Shown here in pieces: positions 52,601 through 64,000 of a stretch of 64,000 nucleotides of DNA. The notes beneath the pieces are model-generated. The model was not told where the DNA came from, made no database searches, and saw only the letters and a list, made by a program, of their open reading frames with translations. The DNA lies in assembly GCA_905178155.1 (NCBI GenBank), contig CAJINV010000002.1, positions 9,311,412 to 9,375,411 of the forward strand, in the 5' to 3' direction. The stretch's first letter is position 1. Every line of letters starts with the position of its first letter. Source of the DNA: Amoebophrya sp. A120 (lineage: Eukaryota; Protista; Dinoflagellata). The translations under genes and the position numbers were made by a program.

Positions 52601-53165
52601 TATTCTCAAAGCGGCAGCCGTAGCATGGCGTTTTGCGTGTACTTCCGGCTGTTAGCCCCGCCTCTGGTGTTTGCCGTGTTCCTGAGTCTCAAAGAAAAAG
52701 CAACAATCGCGGTTCCAATGAAGCATCATCATTGCGATCATTTTCATATATCATTTTCATTGCAGCGGTTCAAGACAATGTTGGTAGATGATCAGAAACA
52801 GAAAGAGTTGCGGGTTTGCACTTCCCGTGGACTCCAGAAAGCTTTTGCAGAGGGCGTGTCGTTGTATGCTCCCTTCTCCGTTTTGGAAAAATGCAGATGC
52901 ATTTTGTGTGACAAGATCACTCGTCTTGGATGCATTTGCATGAAAGCGCAGCAAGCTATAATTGGAAGAATACAATATGGCATCGTGACTTTCTCTTTCA
53001 CTCTATTCTTTAGAGGGGTTTATAGTTTTTGAGTTTTCTGACTGACGCGACGCGCTTGTTGACCTAGATGTTTTTATTTCTGTAAAAAACGTACATTGTT
53101 TTCCTTTTCCATCAACGAAGCACGAGATATTATACGTCGCCTCAACCAGCACCAAAAATGCCACC

Positions 53166-56100
53166 ATGAGAGAACTCCCGCGAAAAATTTGCAGCGAGCG
53201 AAGCACTGCCAAGCCGGACGAAGCAGAGCTGCCGAAGCCTGATCTTCATCATGCTCACGAAAATAAAAGTAAAACCTCATCGTCGCCGCAGAAATCCCTT
53301 CCACTTCAGGCCCTGAAATTCGGCTCGGATTTGACGCAGCTTGTGGAGTGCGGCACCCGGCTGGGTTTTATTCTCGTCCGGCTAGGCTTTTCTTTCGGCG
53401 TGGACAAGGCAAACGAAGTTGTGACAGATTGCGTGGCGGGAGCGCGCGGACTGCTGCGTGGAAATAAGAAACATGGCTGGACGAGGAGGACCACTTCTGA
53501 AAAAGCAGAAGAAAAAACTTCTAAAAACTGTGCAAAAAAAAAGTCCCCTAGTACCAAAGAAAGCCATAAACCCTCCGCTTCTCCTCTAGCTTGCGCAGCT
53601 GCGTCCGTCTCCACGTCTCGGGATGAAAGTGACTCGGCAAGCACCAGTGCGAAAGATAATTCCTTGGCCGGACAAGAAATCTTTCCAAGAACAACTGAAT
53701 TCTTCGCAATTCGGACATTGACGAGTCCCTATTTCCCTTTCTCGTCCCGCATTCCGAAAAAATGCGCCCACTCATTGTTGCTGACTACGGCCGACTTTGC
53801 GGATTTTTGCCTCCGAAAACTCCGCGCAACCGCGATGAGTGCCTATTTGAGGAGACTGAAAAACGAACTAGGAGCGAAAGGCTTGGAGAGCGACTTTGTG
53901 GCACAAGATTATTGCGTTATGGCACTGCACAACAAGAAAGACTGTCTTCAATCTACTTCCGATTTCTTTCCCCGTGACGCCCGGCATTTCAAGTCGTTTT
54001 GCGACTCTATTGGCTTCAACAACGCAACCGCATCCTCGTTGATCACATTACTAGCGAACCTCCCGGAATTTCTGGGGCCAATGAGAACTATCATCGACTT
54101 GAAACAGTTGCGCGACGCTGTGGTTTGTTTCGCGGAGCTGCAAGGGAAGTTTCACTGCTCGGCGAACGCGGATTTTTCGCGGAGGATGAACAGTAGCCTC
54201 TCACAGCAGGAGAGCGCGGCTGCAAGACGGGCGGAAAGCGCCCTTCACTCCTTTTCCCCATCACATTCAACGATCCCCGTGAGAACTACAACAGCCGAAG
54301 CTTGCACAAAAACAGCACCTGCAAATGGAAGCACCAGCGCCATGGCATCTAGTGACTCCGCCCTTCCAGCGGCCAGGTCATCAACAGCGCTGAGGCAAAG
54401 AAGGAAGGAATCCGGATCGTCCCTGAAGAATTCCCCGCTCGCATCAACGCCACCGTGTAGGAGGGTCGTGCACGTAGCAGGTCCTCGCACGGGAAATAAA
54501 GGAGACCACGACAACATCTCAGCTACTCGGAAAGTCAATCTAATAGATGCAGACCTTGTGGTAGAAGACCACGACTCTTACCCGCGGAGCACCACCGCCA
54601 GCAGCAGCTCGTGCATCGCGTCGACTCCATCGAGTCCGAGTTCCACAGAAGCAGGGGAAGATCATGCTGCGGTGGACGTAGAGGTAGATGTGGAAGAAGG
54701 CCGCGACTCTTGTCCCCCACAAGAAACAAGAACAGCAAGCGTGTTGACCAAAACTGGACTGAATGACGATCACGACGACGGGTCAGCAACATCTTCGTGC
54801 TATTCGCTGAAAACCTTCAACTGGTCCGACCTGGAATACTATTTTCAGTACGCAAATTGCATGTGCCAAACCGCTGCCACGCTCATGCTGGACTTGAGCT
54901 GCGGGCGGAGCCGGAGCGAGGAGAAAGAAAGCGACACAAGGTGCGAGGAGAACAGCACGGAAACGTTGTCCAGCAGCTTCCCAATCATGAGCAAACTCCC
55001 GCGCCTTTTCAAGCCGTCTTCTGAGGTGTTCGAACTGCTCCTCAAGGGCGCCTTGAAGCACCGAAGTGACAAAGAAACGATCGACGTCGTCTATTCCGAC
55101 CACTGGAGCCAGCAGCTGTACCAACCCGCGTTCGCAGTCTGTATTGACCACACAAAAAAAGCAATTGTGGTTACGATCCGCGGTTCCGTCGGGCTGATGG
55201 ACATCTGTACAGACTTGATCTGCTTGCCAAAGCCGATCGTAAAGGACGAGTTCTTATGTGGTTCCTTGGGCAGTGGAAGTGGTCAGGTCCTCGCGGAGCC
55301 TCTATCTTATCCCACGAAAAAAGTGTTACAGTTACACATTTGTAGTCAATTCATCAACACATTTCTCTGCATGAGACAGAAAACTTGCAATGCAGAAATC
55401 CTACGGGAAAACACCTATGAAACGAGGCTCCTATGCATATTCAGCATGACAGAGCTTGTCTGTCTTGCTTGGCCTGTAAGTGTAACACTTTTTTCTTGCG
55501 ATACATCTGAACGGTTGGCCAGTTGTAGCCCTTTTCCGCATGCGGAAATCGGAAATCCGTTTTTCAAAGGCGACGAAGGGTTTGTCCCCCGGGACCTCAT
55601 ATCAAAAGTAAAAATGTCTGGGTCTGGAAACTTGTGATGCTGGGTGGCGTCTCATGATGAGGCTACAAATGCTGGCTCAGCATGACAAGTTTCTGAGCTC
55701 CTAGGTGTTGCGTATTCTGCATGACAAACTGCGCTTCAAAAAAATTTCTGTTTTGGAGTTTACCGGGTGACCCTTCTGGTCGTCACCATTCCGCCGGTGT
55801 CTGTGCTCTCGGGCGCGTCACCCACCTCAGGACCTCAGGTTAAGAGTTTGTCGACGTAATTTACAAAGGGACGCCCTGCCCTTAGTTTCCCAACATGACA
55901 AACTGCGCTTCTGCATCACAGAAAAACGGAGCTCTTGGGTAACGTGCATGACAGATTTAAGGGTCATGCCAGACAACCATGACAAACGTGAATTCTTCCA
56001 GACCCAGACATTTTTGCACTTGATACCTCAGTTACTTCCGGGGTGACGGATTGGAACGCGTCGAGACATGTAAAATAGCTGCCGAGGTGGACGAGGGCCA

Positions 56101-57591
56101 GAGCTATTGCGAGCCACCAGTAGCAGACGCAGACCGATCAAAATCAAAAAACAGCTGTGGTGACCCGCCAGCTGCGTACCAATTTCCAAGAAAAGACTGG
56201 AGGCACGAGTACGGAAACCATTTCAAACCGCTTTTTTGCCCCGAAGGCTTTCAGTTGACGAACACAGAGAACTGCTATTACGTGCACGAGGGGATGTTTC
56301 ACGCAGCCAAAATTTTGTCGGATAAGGCGCTGCCGGTTGTGTTGGAAGCACTGGAAAGAACAAGCAGTCGGTTAGCGGAGGAGAGTTGTAGGCAGGGCGC
56401 CGATCATCATTTTGACCAGCAGAACAAAGAAGGCAAAATTGGCGCTGGTGATACAGATTCACGCACAACAAAAGGAACTGGGGGACCAACAGCAACAGCA
56501 GAACAAGCACAGCTAAACACATACGATGTTGTCCTGACCGGCCACAGTCTAGGGGGCGGCACGGCCGCGCTTCTGTATCTCTTGTGGAAGCCACTATTTG
56601 GTGAAGGGCAGAGCAAGAGCCTAGACTTTGGGAAGCGAAAGGGAAAGCATTTGGCTAGTACCCCAGCTGAAAATAAAGACAATATCCAGCAGGGAAACAT
56701 ACTGGCCGCTACCCGGCTCCGCGCGTACGCGTTCGCTTGTCCTTGCGTCTGCTCCTTGAATCTGAGCGAGAAGTACTTCGCAGACAGTGTATCGAAAGGA
56801 AAAATCCCTCCTCCCCATATCAAAACGGAATTTCTCATGCTGGATTTGTGTACACAAATCAGCTTTGTCTTGCAGTAGAGGACTGCAGGCGTCTGCCAAG
56901 CCTGAGTAGAGAGCTTTTGGCCTAGGCGCTTAGCATGAGAGACGACTATGCTGTAGGCCCAACAGCATCACAAAGCGCCTGCATAATGCAGCAGAGCCTG
57001 TGGAGTTGTTTTCTTGCAAGACAGGCGTGATTTGTGGTCTCAAATCAGCAAGACAAATTTTCGGAAACATACCGCTTCGACATGGGGAGGGGGGATGTTT
57101 CCGCTCAATACAGTGCAAATTTTGTTTCCGTAGCGGAGAACGTGGATGCGATTTGCCGCTTGTCTGTGCGCAGTGTGGAATTTCTCCGCATTTACTTGAC
57201 GGAGGTTTTGGAACGCCACCAGCAGGCTAAAAGTACAAAGCAGATGAACTCCGTGCAACCGCCGGGGAGCAGTAACAACAACGGAGAACAATCTCGTCCT
57301 TCACCAAACAGTATTTACAGAGGGCTCGAACAAGACGCTTTAGATAAGGACTTCTGGGAGTCCCTTGAACTGCAGAAACGTGACATCGACGGTCGCGCGC
57401 CGGGGCGGATCCTGCTCCCAGCGGGGAAGAAGGTATTGCGGATCGACCATGACGACGACGACGCCGCTTCCTTCGTTGATCCGCGTGCTTTTGATGATTT
57501 TTTGCTGCATCGAAAAATGCTCGCGAATCATTCCCCGGCCAGCTACGAAATGTTTGTCGCCCGAGTGGTGCAGAAGCATGCTGCCGCTTGA
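53166..57591 (+). CDS. Lipase class 3 / diacylglycerol lipase-like protein, about 1,155 aa (start uncertain)
   Basis: Exons 53166-55307, 55509-55599, 56031-56789 and 57116-57591 joined across three introners. Motifs DHTKKAIVVTIRGS..DICTD, VHEGM, TGHSLGGG, AYAFACP, DAICRLS and NHSP. Confidence 0.88.
55308..55503. mobile_element. Introner family C
   Basis: TATCCCACGAAAAAAGTGTTACAG...TGTAACACTTTTTTCTTGCGATA; DR TATCT/CATCT. Confidence 0.92.
55600..56025. mobile_element. Introner family A with a nested insertion (inverted sibling of 9242)
   Basis: Family A TIRs; DR CCTCA. Confidence 0.95.
55738..55893. other. 156-bp insertion flanked by an 18-bp duplication
   Basis: CATGACAAACTGCGCTTC at 55720-55737 and 55894-55911. 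Confidence 0.85.
56790..57110. mobile_element. Introner family B
   Basis: Family B TIRs; DR CAGTG; removal gives FADS-ANFVSV. Confidence 0.95.
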
Positions 57592-58388
57592 AGATGTTGT
57601 GGAGCTTGTATATTTTCAGTTGCGTCACGCAGAAACTGCTAAGTACTACTGCAGTATAGTAGACGCGTATGACTACAAATTTTGCTTAATGTGCATGTTT
57701 GTACTAAAAACTTGATACTCTTCAATCATCGTCGGGAGGGACTCAGGCCTTGTGGCTACTACTTCTATCCATTCTTTTTGATATTCATTTTCCGCAGATG
57801 CAATTTTGTTTTTCCGCGAGCATGAAGCGTGACTTGGTTCGATTTTCCTGCAGTAGCTCTGCGCGCGTCCAAGGAATCGCGTTGGATGCGGTTGATTATC
57901 GGCAAAACATGTCGCGATCTTGTCGCCTTCGTTTATAAATTCACAGTACATGATTCCTCTGAGTGACGTCGCGCCGTCTCCGAAGACACATTCGACGAGC
58001 AGAAGAATCGGCGCGAGTGTAGGCGTCAACAAAAGTAGCTGCGCAAGAAACATTGAAGTGTTCGCCTCGTGGTGTGAGTGTCTCTCTAGAAGCACTCCGC
58101 TGGAGCTTGGTCTTGTGGTCTACTCGTCATTCCTTTGCTCGAGATCGAAATGCTGTTGCTGACTAGACACTTTCATTACACAGAGGGCTTTTTCATTTTC
58201 TTGTTGAAAAATACAAAAAAAAAATCCAAAGTACGTTCAGGAAAATATGGAAAAACATGTCTCGTATTGGCGACAGCAGCTGAAGATTTTTCCGAAAACT
58301 CGTTGCTCGTGGACTTAGATGCCAATAGTCTCTCCGTTGCTCCTTCGACATGATCTCGACTTCGAGTATATACAGATACAAAAACGAC

Positions 58389-59852
58389 ATGTTGTTGCGT
58401 TCCGTGCGTCCGCACCTGTGGCCAGGCTCACCGGTCGCTCCAACTACAGCTGCCGTCCGTCGGTCCTATTTCCACACGACCGCCACGCAAAGTAGTGCAA
58501 TAAAGTTTGCAAGGAGGGGCATTTCATCAACATCAAGGTCATCCTCCTCTAGTACTGCGTCCCATAGTCCAAGTCCTCACAACACAACTACAACGACCGT
58601 CGTCTGTCCACTCCAGGGGATTATTCTCCGCGAAGAAGTTGCCTACGCGAGCTTCGGGGAAAACATTCGGAAAATTTTTGCGGAACTGCAGGAGAGCGTC
58701 TTGCAAGGTAGGGTCATTATAGTCTTTTTTCGAGATACTTTTTTTTGCATTTTTCTCGGTACAGGCAGCGATGCCATTTTAGTCAGCAGCATTGATTCGT
58801 GTCGCGCGTCTGGCGCGACGACATTTGCATTGATGTCAAGAAGTACTCCTGCAACTCATTAACCTACGTACATGCAAACGAAGCGCGTACCTCCAGGTCT
58901 CGAACATTACCGCAAGCCGCGGGTGATCTTCCATTGTCCGGTCAATGGCTTCGTTTTGCAGCCCCGCGAATCCTGGTTTCAGCAGCTCATCAAGCGGTAC
59001 GAGATCCTGGACCAGAAGGCACCCTTTCTCACGAAGTGCGGCATGGGTGCGTTTTGCGCATTTGCCGGGGAAAGTGTGGTCCAGTTGCAGGGAATCACAA
59101 ATTTCGACACTGCAGCCGCTGCTTCATTCGATGGTCCTCCGACTGGTGGGATTACTACGGCCACCAGTACAACAACAACCGCAGATCATACAGCCTACCC
59201 ACCTGCTTTCCTCGACCAGCTAAACTTCCGTCGGCTCCTCGGCATGCCGGTCGTCAACGTGGTGTATGTCGGAGGGTTTTTGCAGCTCTGGGTAAGAGCC
59301 ATGGAACACTTCTTTCCCACTTCGACCAAACCGCAGTGGAAACCCATCTTGCTGAAAACTAGTCTGACGACCATTTTCCTCAACCCGCTGTACGTGCTCG
59401 TTTTTCTCGCGGGGACGACCGTTTTGCGCCTTGACGACAGTTGTAGTGATGGAGCGGGAGGAACGACAGTAACTTCTTCTACTATGCCTTCTCCAGCTTC
59501 AGTACCCACCCGCTCCTTCTCCGACAAGCTTAGCGACGAGGGGTCGTCGCTTTTTTGGGCCGGGTTTTGGTCAACGCCCGTGATTTTTACCTGCAAGTAC
59601 TACCTCGTCCCCGAGCGGCTGCACATACCGTACCTCTGCCTGGTCAACTTTCTCTGGTCCGTGTTCGCGAGCAACGTCGTGCAAGCTAGGCCAAAATCAA
59701 CGGAGGGAATAATTGTTGATGTTGTGCCGACTCAACAACAAAATCAAAATCCCGCAACTGACGCAGCAGCCTGCGGTGCACCTTCTGCAGAGGACCACCC
59801 CAGCCACACTGCTTCACCAAGCCGCGCAGTCAACATTGCTGGGTCTGCATAA
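58389..59852 (+). CDS. Mpv17/PMP22 family membrane protein, about 424 aa, with a presequence-like N-terminus
   Basis: Exons 58389-58707 and 58897-59852 (GT-AG intron, LQ-GLEHY). Pattern KAPFLTKC..GESVVQ, NFRRL, LLKT..FLNP, YYLVP..LHIPY..VNFLWSVF. The N-terminus is Arg/Ser/Thr-rich. Confidence 0.75.
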
Positions 59853-61735
59853 GAATAGGAGCAAGCAGTCGGCGAGGAGTGTTCCGAAGCACCCGGCGAG
59901 GAGCAAGCAGCCGACTAGACAAGTTGCGTAGTGTGCCAGATTCCGCTCTTTACTACTGCGGCTGCGTCAATGGTGCGGACGACACGCACTTTGTGCGCAC
60001 GTGGAGAAGCCGGATCGACGATTTCAGAAGCAACACGAAAAAAATGAGAAAGGCGAACAACAGCACCAGGAGAAGCTAGTGCCATGCATTAGAGGACGAT
60101 TGCGTTTGCGACCAGTAGATTCCGAGAAAATGAATTGCCGAGCTACTTGCTTATGTAATATCACCAGCAGCTGCAGCCACATCATCAATATCAAAATCAA
60201 ATGAAGAAGATAAGTGAAGCGCCGCATATCTGTCAAGGAAAGAGCTGCTCGCCAAGAAAACTCCGGGCAAGTCACGATCACGAAGCTGCAAATCTGGCGA
60301 TGAACTTAAGGACTCTTCTTGTATACCATCATGAAGAACAACATAATTCTACCACGGCACTGCGCTGTAGGTTGAAAGGAGATTTCATCAATCTTCGAGA
60401 CAGATGACACGAGGGCTCATCATGTTGTGAAGGAGTGAAATGTTTGTTGAGATTTTCCTTCAAATCGTTATATCGATTCTGCACTTCTGTTACGTAAGGA
60501 AGTTGTAGTAAGCGCTTGTCCTTACGGCTGCCCACCAAACATTCGCATCTCCTGCACCGGCCAGGAGAGGGAACTGATGTTGAAATAGATCTATCCAAGG
60601 CCGCGCGGTCGATCGGATGCGATGCACAGCGGGAGAAAGTAAAGTCAAATTCGCATAGTCACTTGTTACATTTTTGAGAGCTACTTTTTGCTGTTGTCAA
60701 GAAGAATCTTCTAACTGCTGGTAAACAATGAAATGGAAAGAGAAACACAAAGACCCGATAACTACTGCGCTCGCAATTCTAAGGCCACACGGAAAAAGCT
60801 CATTCCTGACGTATGTCATATCAAGTACACCTCGCGACTGCGCATCGTTTTCATGCGTCTCGTAGCTTCGAGCACTGCAGAAGACGGCGCCGCAGATGAG
60901 AAACAACAAGCATACTACACAAGCGGACATGCTTGCTGCACCTGCTGCAGATGCAGCGCGGCCTTGGTCAGCGTCGTTATGTTCCACGACCACACGTACT
61001 TCTAGTGCTGGTTGCCGGTCTTTCTTCTACTGTGTACGTATTCTAATTGAGGAGTACATCTGAGACGAGGCGAGAACCCGTTTTCGTGGAGTTGCTCATG
61101 CACGAATGATGAAACACGACCCACGTCTATCTTTGTCACTGCGTCCTTGCTCAGTCACAAATACTAAACACGTCGAAGACGTCGAAAAAGAGGTCCAGCT
61201 TCAGTCGTAGTTTTTGCACTCCCTCTTGAAACGTGAGACCAGCTAGTTCACAAAAACAAAGATGTGGCACACCGTGCCGGTAGTTCTAGTTTTACCATCT
61301 TGACCTGCGTCTTTCTCTTTACACCATGACAGTATACAACGCAAGAACGCCGCGAGAAACCACTGATCAGCACAACGACCCCGCCGAGGTGGTGTGACCC
61401 GTGTTGCCTACGGCACATTCATTCGTCCGCACAATCGTGCTGCGCCGCGCACTGGCGATTCGCGCTCGCGGCGCCTGGGGCTAAGTACCAGCAGGCAGCG
61501 TCACGACCCCGACCTGCTCCTTGGAGGTAGACTCAGGAGACCTCCCACTCCGAAAATACGTCGAGGAATACGAGGAAGACTAGTGCAGCCCCGCATCCTG
61601 AAAAAAGAAGTTCACGAAGCCAACTGTACACTCCTGATCTTGTAGTTCTAGTTGGTCGCCTGTGGCAACAAGTCAAAACCCCTAACGACCAGTAAACGCA
61701 GCCCTACGTCGTCGAAGACTGCGAAACAAAAAATC

Positions 61736-63844
61736 ATGGGCAGTGCGTTCTCAGCGGACTCTCGTAACGACATCCATGTCACGGACCGGAAGGCTCTGGT
61801 TCTCCAGTGGATCCTGGAGCGGAACGACTGGCTGCTCTCCCGCCCGAAAATCGTGAACGGAAAGGTGACGCAGTTACCGTTAGATACGATACGGACACCG
61901 GCCAATCCAACCGGCGGCGGGAGCGGGTCCTCCTCTTCTTCGGGTGTAGGGGGAGGTTCTTCCTCCTCCTCTTCTTCAACCCGTCTTCAATCCCTCAACA
62001 CGATTCCGGATCCAAACTGGTCGCGGTCCGCCGCTGCGCAGGTGTTCCTCGAGATGACCTACGGCGGGCCGCAGAACGTGCGCGAGGCGCGGTCCAAGCT
62101 GGGCCTGCCCGACTTGCCGATGAAGGGCACGCCGGTATCCGCCGACTTGAACAATGCGGATTCTATATCCTGAGTAAAAACCTACCCACACCAGAGTCAG
62201 GATGGGGATTTTGCAACACAAACCTAGGAGTTTTGTGAGTCACGCATGACAAGTTGCACTATGCAGTGTAGTGCAGGTTAGCAAGTGCATCCGCATCACA
62301 GATTCATCTGCTCATCCTGTTCACAGCATCACAAATTCCAAAACACGACTGGAAATGGCTCTCATGGGGATGCGCATTACAGGTCTTCCTGTCTTTGCAA
62401 ATCTGCATTACAACTCTGGTGTGGGTACGTTTTTCCTCAGGATATTCTAGTGCGATGAAATCCCGCGTGGCCGTGCGGCCAAAGAACCATAGACTCCTGC
62501 TATCAAATGCAAAAATGTCTGGGTCTGGAAGATTCCGAGACTTGTCATGCAGATTTCCATGATGCATGTCTTGTCATCTGGAATGCAGGACCTAGCATGA
62601 CAGATTCTGCGGAATCCCTATCATGCTTATCCTGCATGAGAACCTTCTTCTCAACTTCGTCAAAAGTGGGCAACTTTTGGCATTCATGCAACACAGATTT
62701 TTGCATGATCCAGAATTAGCATCACAAGCTCCAACCTTCCAGACCCAGACATTTTTACATTTGATACCTGCCCTTCCTCGACGAAAATGTCCTGCCCATC
62801 GTCGCGGAGTTTCTGTTACCAAGTGCAAAAATGTCTGGGTCTGGAGGGATGCAACTTGTGATGCTGCATTTGGATTCCAGAAAAATCTGTATTGCATGAG
62901 TAGCAAAGGGAATGCAATTTTTGCTACGCTGAGAAGGCATTTGTCATGCGGTATAGGCATCAGGAAGCCCTCGCAAAATCTGTGACGCTAGGGCATGCAT
63001 CACAGACATCAGGAGTCATGCAAAATGTGCATGACATCTTCGAGACCCAGACACTTTTGCATTTCATATCTGTTTGGCGGCAGCCTACTGCGGTGCATGG
63101 AAGTGTCTCCTTTGTGGTTTTGCTGCTTTCTGGACGTGCTGGACAAGTTGGCAAACCCGATCGACCTGGCCTTCAAAAACGTGATCGACGCCACCGGAAT
63201 ACTGCAGCTGGAGTACGCAAGGACGGACTGGTCGCCGCTGCACGTCTGCCAACCGGGCGTCAGAATAGACCGGGTGCTCATAGCCAAAGTGCTGCCCAGC
63301 TACGCGGGCCACACCGTCCGCCTGTCGTACGAGAGCGCGTATGAAAGTAAGTAGTTTCTTTTATGACCAATAGATACCAGAAGACTTTTTGACACTCTGT
63401 AGCGTCTTCTGACGCGTGTTGTTGGCATCCATGTATTTGTGTGTCAGCATGCGGGCCGCACTTTCGCAATCAATTCTTATTAGAGCGTCATGTTCCGCCT
63501 ATGTTCACGATTTTTGTCCCCTTTTCTTGCGATTGCAGAAAAGATGTCGTGAACTCTACAAAACGACAGCCGTTCCTTCGCAGCCGTATCTCCGGAAAGC
63601 CGAGCTAGCGATATGCACTGCAAAAGTATCGTACTCGTATACATGCATTACAAATTTCCTCAGCATGAGAAATAAAATTTGTAGTGCGGATTTACCTTGA
63701 GATAAAAATTTGTGATGCATGATTGCAATTACTACGAGTGCAATACTTTTGCACAGGATAAGCGAGCCAGATTTACGATTCCCACTTCCAGTTTGATATT
63801 TTCAGCGGAAGCAGGAACCTTTGGATCCACAAAGACATTTGCAG
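61736..63844 (+). CDS. F-box-like protein, partial (continues beyond the window)
   Basis: Exons 61736-62165, 62450-62500, 62772-62816, 63074-~63346, ~63540-63611 and 63766-63844. The spliced sequence LLPFLDENVLPIVAEFLFGGSLLRCMEVSPLWF resembles an F-box. MGS start. The junction at about 63346/63540 is not resolved. Confidence 0.6.
62166..62444. mobile_element. Introner family E
   Basis: TATCCTGAGTAAAAACCTACCCACACCAGAG...CTCTGGTGTGGGTACGTTTTTCCTCAGGATA; DR TTCTA. Confidence 0.95.
62501..62766. mobile_element. Introner family A
   Basis: Family A TIRs; DR CCTGC. Confidence 0.95.
62817..63068. mobile_element. Introner family A (inverted relative to 24707 and 39019)
   Basis: TACCAAGTGCAAAAATGTCTGGG...CCCAGACACTTTTGCATTTCATA; DR TCTGT. 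Confidence 0.93.
63612..63760. mobile_element. Introner family D
   Basis: TATGCACTGCAAAAGTATCGTACTCGTA...TACGAGTGCAATACTTTTGCACAGGATA; DR AGCGA. Confidence 0.93.
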
Positions 63845-64000
63845 GTTCTTTTTTTTCGATTTCATGCTAAAGATAGAAGATAGATAGCAAGTGAATTGCC
63901 ATTTTTTTTATTTCTACTCTATGCCATGCAATGCAATGCCAATGCATGAATACGTCAAAACAGGTTCCACGGTGACGAGACCCGTGTTGCAGCCTTGCAG

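Noticed and set aside
9242-63068. Recurrent short ORFs containing [25 protein letters not shown] or KGKIPPPHI
   Set aside because: These are translations of the introner TIRs in various frames, not a protein family.

Overview
Eukaryotic, gene-dense, alveolate-like DNA. The intron architecture most resembles the parasitic dinoflagellate Amoebophrya (Syndiniales); this assignment is inferred. Nine genes are confidently reconstructed, all on the + strand: a Zn-hydrolase-like protein, an SPFH/HIR protein, an ORC5-like protein, three tandem CDPK-like kinases with N-terminal EF-hand repeats (one of about 4,450 aa), a class-3 lipase, an Mpv17/PMP22 protein and a partial F-box-like protein. A further single-exon hypothetical ORF is less certain. 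The dominant feature is a set of 30 transposon-like non-canonical introns (introners, 145-426 bp) in six terminal-inverted-repeat (TIR) families. They have TAT...ATA ends (two have degenerate 5' ends) and 5-bp target-site direct repeats (DRs), occur in both orientations, and sit only inside coding sequence. Removing the element plus one DR copy restores the reading frame in each case (one terminal case rests on an inferred frame). Patterns read from the sequence: (1) all families share a phased GCAWNACA octamer; (2) DR mismatches show that the upstream copy is the exonic one; (3) codon phase is strongly biased; (4) elements cluster in conserved domains; (5) two introners probably fused around a 1-kb MITE into a composite intron; (6) three insertions with 18-19-bp duplications share a GGGTNACCC core.
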